Shown: piece by piece, positions 62,255 through 64,000 of the stretch
Layout: every line of letters begins with the position of its first letter
Position numbering within the stretch: position 1 is the first letter of the stretch
From: Pseudomonadales bacterium
Lineage (GTDB): Bacteria; Pseudomonadota; Gammaproteobacteria; Pseudomonadales; Azotimanducaceae
Assembly (NCBI GenBank): GCA_016779565.1
Contig: JADHNJ010000008.1
Location: 3,303-67,302 of the forward strand
DNA: 64,000 nucleotides
Direction of reading: 5' to 3'
The notes under the pieces: generated by a model
What the model was told of the DNA's origin: nothing
Seen by the model: only the letters and a program-made list of their open reading frames with translations
Databases searched by the model: none
Translations under genes and position numbers: made by a program

Positions 62255-62823
62255 GGCTTAATAGTACTCCCAGTGGTGGTAATAGTCTAAGAAAGTCATT
62301 CCCTTAAATTCTAGATCGTTTGATCGGATCTGAGAATCTTGGAAGTGACTTGCAGCCTTAGTTTTTCTATGGGGGGTGACTAGAATTTTTAGCTACTCAT
62401 AAGTCCAGATAATCCGTCCAGAAACACCTGTTACCCATAATTAGCTGTCCTTGTCATTAGTGTTCCCACCCCATTGGCAGCCTCCGGGTTTTGGATGTCT
62501 TTATGCTTGGTCGTTTTTCCAGCGCCGAGCGCGCTGAATGGCGTACGAAAGCGCAGATGAAGGTTAAGGCATTGCAAGCAGAATAGCTGCCGATGTCGTT
62601 GGTGGCAGCGGAATGCCCCACGCTTCAGACGCAGGTCATTTAACGGGCATGGGATAAGGTAACAAAAGCCCAAAAAAGGCATTGTGCAATCATCGTTTTA
62701 AACGCAAAAGAGGTTGGAAAATGCGATTCAGAGTGTCATAGTTATGGGAGTGGTCAGGCGGATGTGCTTGGTCGACAGCAAAAAAAACCAAGTAATTTTA
62801 CAAGACTTAAAAAGGGAAAGAGT

Positions 62824-63267
62824 ATGAAATCGACTCAAAAAGGTTTTACGTTAATTGAACTGATGATTGTGGTTGCGATCATTGGAATATTGGCCGCGGT
62901 CGCGATCCCGGCTTATCAAGGATATATACAGAACGCTAATTTAGCGAAGGTCAAGTCAAGTTTTGATAATGCTGTCCGAAATACTGAAGCGACTTTTGCA
63001 AAACGATCTACAGATGCTGCGATGGGCGTTAGCACGACTCTCCCGACCAAAGCTCAGTTGTTAGCTCAGATAAACCCAAACAGCGACTCCTGTCCTGGTG
63101 ATGCAAGCGCCAACTTGTTTAGCACTGTGAGTGATGCCAACGGCTGTATTGGTTTTACAGTAACAGACGAGGCCGTTGCAGCGATGGTGGTTACGTTTGT
63201 TATGCCAGCGTATACGGATGCAATAGCCTCTCAAGCTACTCGAACGATCACTGCTGCTAACTACTGA
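62824..63267 (+). CDS. pilA: Type IVa major pilin
   Basis: Class III signal MKSTQKG|[27 protein letters not shown]-like AAGGGAAAGAG upstream. The longer track ORF starting at 62764 is not supported. Confidence 0.93.
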   Translation: MKSTQKGFTLIELMIVVAIIGILAAVAIPAYQGYIQNANLAKVKSSFDNAVRNTEATFAKRSTDAAMGVSTTLPTKAQLLAQINPNSDSCPGDASANLFSTVSDANGCIGFTVTDEAVAAMVVTFVMPAYTDAIASQATRTITAANY

Positions 63268-63498
63268 TCGTATTTAGTAGCGGTCGCAGATCCTGCAAGC
63301 CTGTTTTGGGGCAGGGTTAAGTTGCGAAGGAAAGCGGTTAAGGGTTGGCGTAATTAAGCGTCGGCCCACGGCGTTGGAAAGAGTGCCCCCCAATAGTGGA
63401 AATAAGTGTAGTAGATCGCGCTCGTATAGAGGTGGTCTAACCGGAATGAGCCGTCACCATGAGGGTTAAACTAAGATTGGGTCGCGTTCTCAAAAGCT

Positions 63499-63574
63499 GC
63501 CGGAATAGCTCAGTTGGTAGAGCAGTTGCTTCGTAAGCAATTGGTCGGAGGTTCAAGTCCTCTTTCCGGCACCA
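63499..63574 (+). tRNA. tRNA-Thr (anticodon CGT)
   Basis: I folded the cloverleaf manually: acceptor GCCGGAA/TTCCGGC, D-stem GCTC/GAGC, anticodon stem GTTGC/GCAAT with loop TTCGTAA, T-arm GGAGG-TTCAAGT-CCTCT. CCA is encoded. 76 nt. Confidence 0.95.
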
Positions 63575-63639
63575 CTCTCCTAGACTTGTAGCGTAGGTTA
63601 CACCAAAAAGACGAGTGCTTTTTTGGGGTTCTCCATTAT

Positions 63640-63706
63640 TTACTAGAGCATGCGTTACTTACTAGAGCATGCGTTTGCTAGAGCATGTGTCTAGTAGACC
63701 ATGCGT
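63640..63706. repeat. Four degenerate direct repeats (TTACTAGAGCATGCGT-like) flanked by an 11-bp inverted repeat
   Basis: Copies at 63640-63655, 63659-63674, 63678-63690 (CTAGAGCATGTGT) and 63691-63706 (CTAGTAGACCATGCGT). Inverted-repeat arms are CAAAAAGACGA at 63604-63614 and TCGTCTTTTTG at 63710-63720. Confidence 0.85.
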
Positions 63707-63857
63707 AGATCGTCTTTTTGAGCAGATGCCCCTAGTTCAAGACGCGCCGCCACAAACTCTCAAGGAAAGAAAGCACCGTGTAAAACCGGTTTCTTTCGCG
63801 AGCATTGAGGGGTAAAAAGTATGCGACACGGTTGTCGCAGGTCTTTGTCCCCAGTGA

Positions 63858-64000
63858 TTAATTAAAAATAACGGACATCGTTTTCGGTCCACCCAATCCT
63901 CCCATTACGGCCGCATCGGGCTCGACCAGCGTTACGGAATCAAAATGCTCTGTAAGAACTTGTGTGGCGATTGTGCCCTCAAGACGAGCAAGATGTGCGC
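63858..64000 (-). CDS. 3' end of an unidentified ORF that starts beyond the window
   Basis: The minus-strand frame is open from the window edge to TAA (63858-63860). It translates to ..AHLARLEGTIATQVLTEHFDSVTLVEPDAAVMGGLGGPKTMSVIFN. I do not recognise a family. Confidence 0.35.
   Translation of the reverse strand, partial: AHLARLEGTIATQVLTEHFDSVTLVEPDAAVMGGLGGPKTMSVIFN

Noticed and set aside
62603-62616. TGGCAGCGGAATGC, a possible sigma-54 -24/-12 promoter for pilA.
   Set aside because: The GG-to-GC spacing is one nucleotide short of the strict GG-N10-GC requirement, and the site lies more than 200 nt from the ATG.
62431-62682. 83-aa Cys/His/Arg-rich ORF on the minus strand in the pilB-pilA spacer.
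   Set aside because: It has no RBS, an odd composition and no motif I recognise. It is most likely a chance ORF in non-coding DNA.
63735-63755. GTTCAAG...CCGCCACAA, which resembles the 3' end of the adjacent tRNA-Thr (GTTCAAG...CCGGCACCA) and might be an att-site duplicate.
   Set aside because: Only a 7-nt block plus a 7/9 block match, with different spacing, and it lies just 160 bp from the tRNA. This is within chance expectation and too weak to call an island boundary.

Overview
This window is almost entirely conserved gammaproteobacterial housekeeping DNA. Coding density is very high and many adjacent genes share 1-4 nt start/stop overlaps. Gene order from left to right: a truncated amidohydrolase, a Tat-exported M15 peptidase, DUF1499, gatBAC (minus strand), mreBCD-maf-rng-yhdP-nitrilase, yjgA, mgtE, and the npr-rapZ-ptsN-hpf-rpoN-lptB-lptA-lptC block (minus strand). 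These are followed by ibaG-murA-hisG-hisD-zapE, a VOC protein, rplM-rpsI, petABC, sspAB, dolP-yraN-lpoA (minus strand), rsmI and RNase P RNA. Next come a dcw cluster (mraZ to ftsZ), lpxC, a DUF721/DciA-like gene, an M23 peptidase, secA, argJ, yacG-coaE-pilD-pilC-pilB (minus strand), pilA and tRNA-Thr(CGU). As far as I recall, this order resembles Pseudomonas/Cellvibrionales-type genomes. I found no CRISPR array, transposase, integrase, toxin-antitoxin pair, defence island or obviously novel multi-gene system. The most notable observations are: (1) the dcw cluster lacks murF, mraY, murG and ddlB at seamless, translationally coupled junctions, and other expected neighbours (kdsDC, mla, diaA and others) are also absent; (2) a 424-bp spacer between lptB and rpoN has Ala/Val/Thr-rich small hydrophobic ORFs on both strands; (3) two ORF-free spacers are unusually long (ftsZ-lpxC about 650 bp, pilB-pilA 569 bp); (4) an array of degenerate direct repeats bounded by an inverted repeat lies just 3' of the tRNA-Thr next to pilA; (5) the RNase G homologue is divergent and lacks the Zn-link motif. 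All functional calls come from reading the translated ORFs and comparing them with remembered family motifs. No database search was run.
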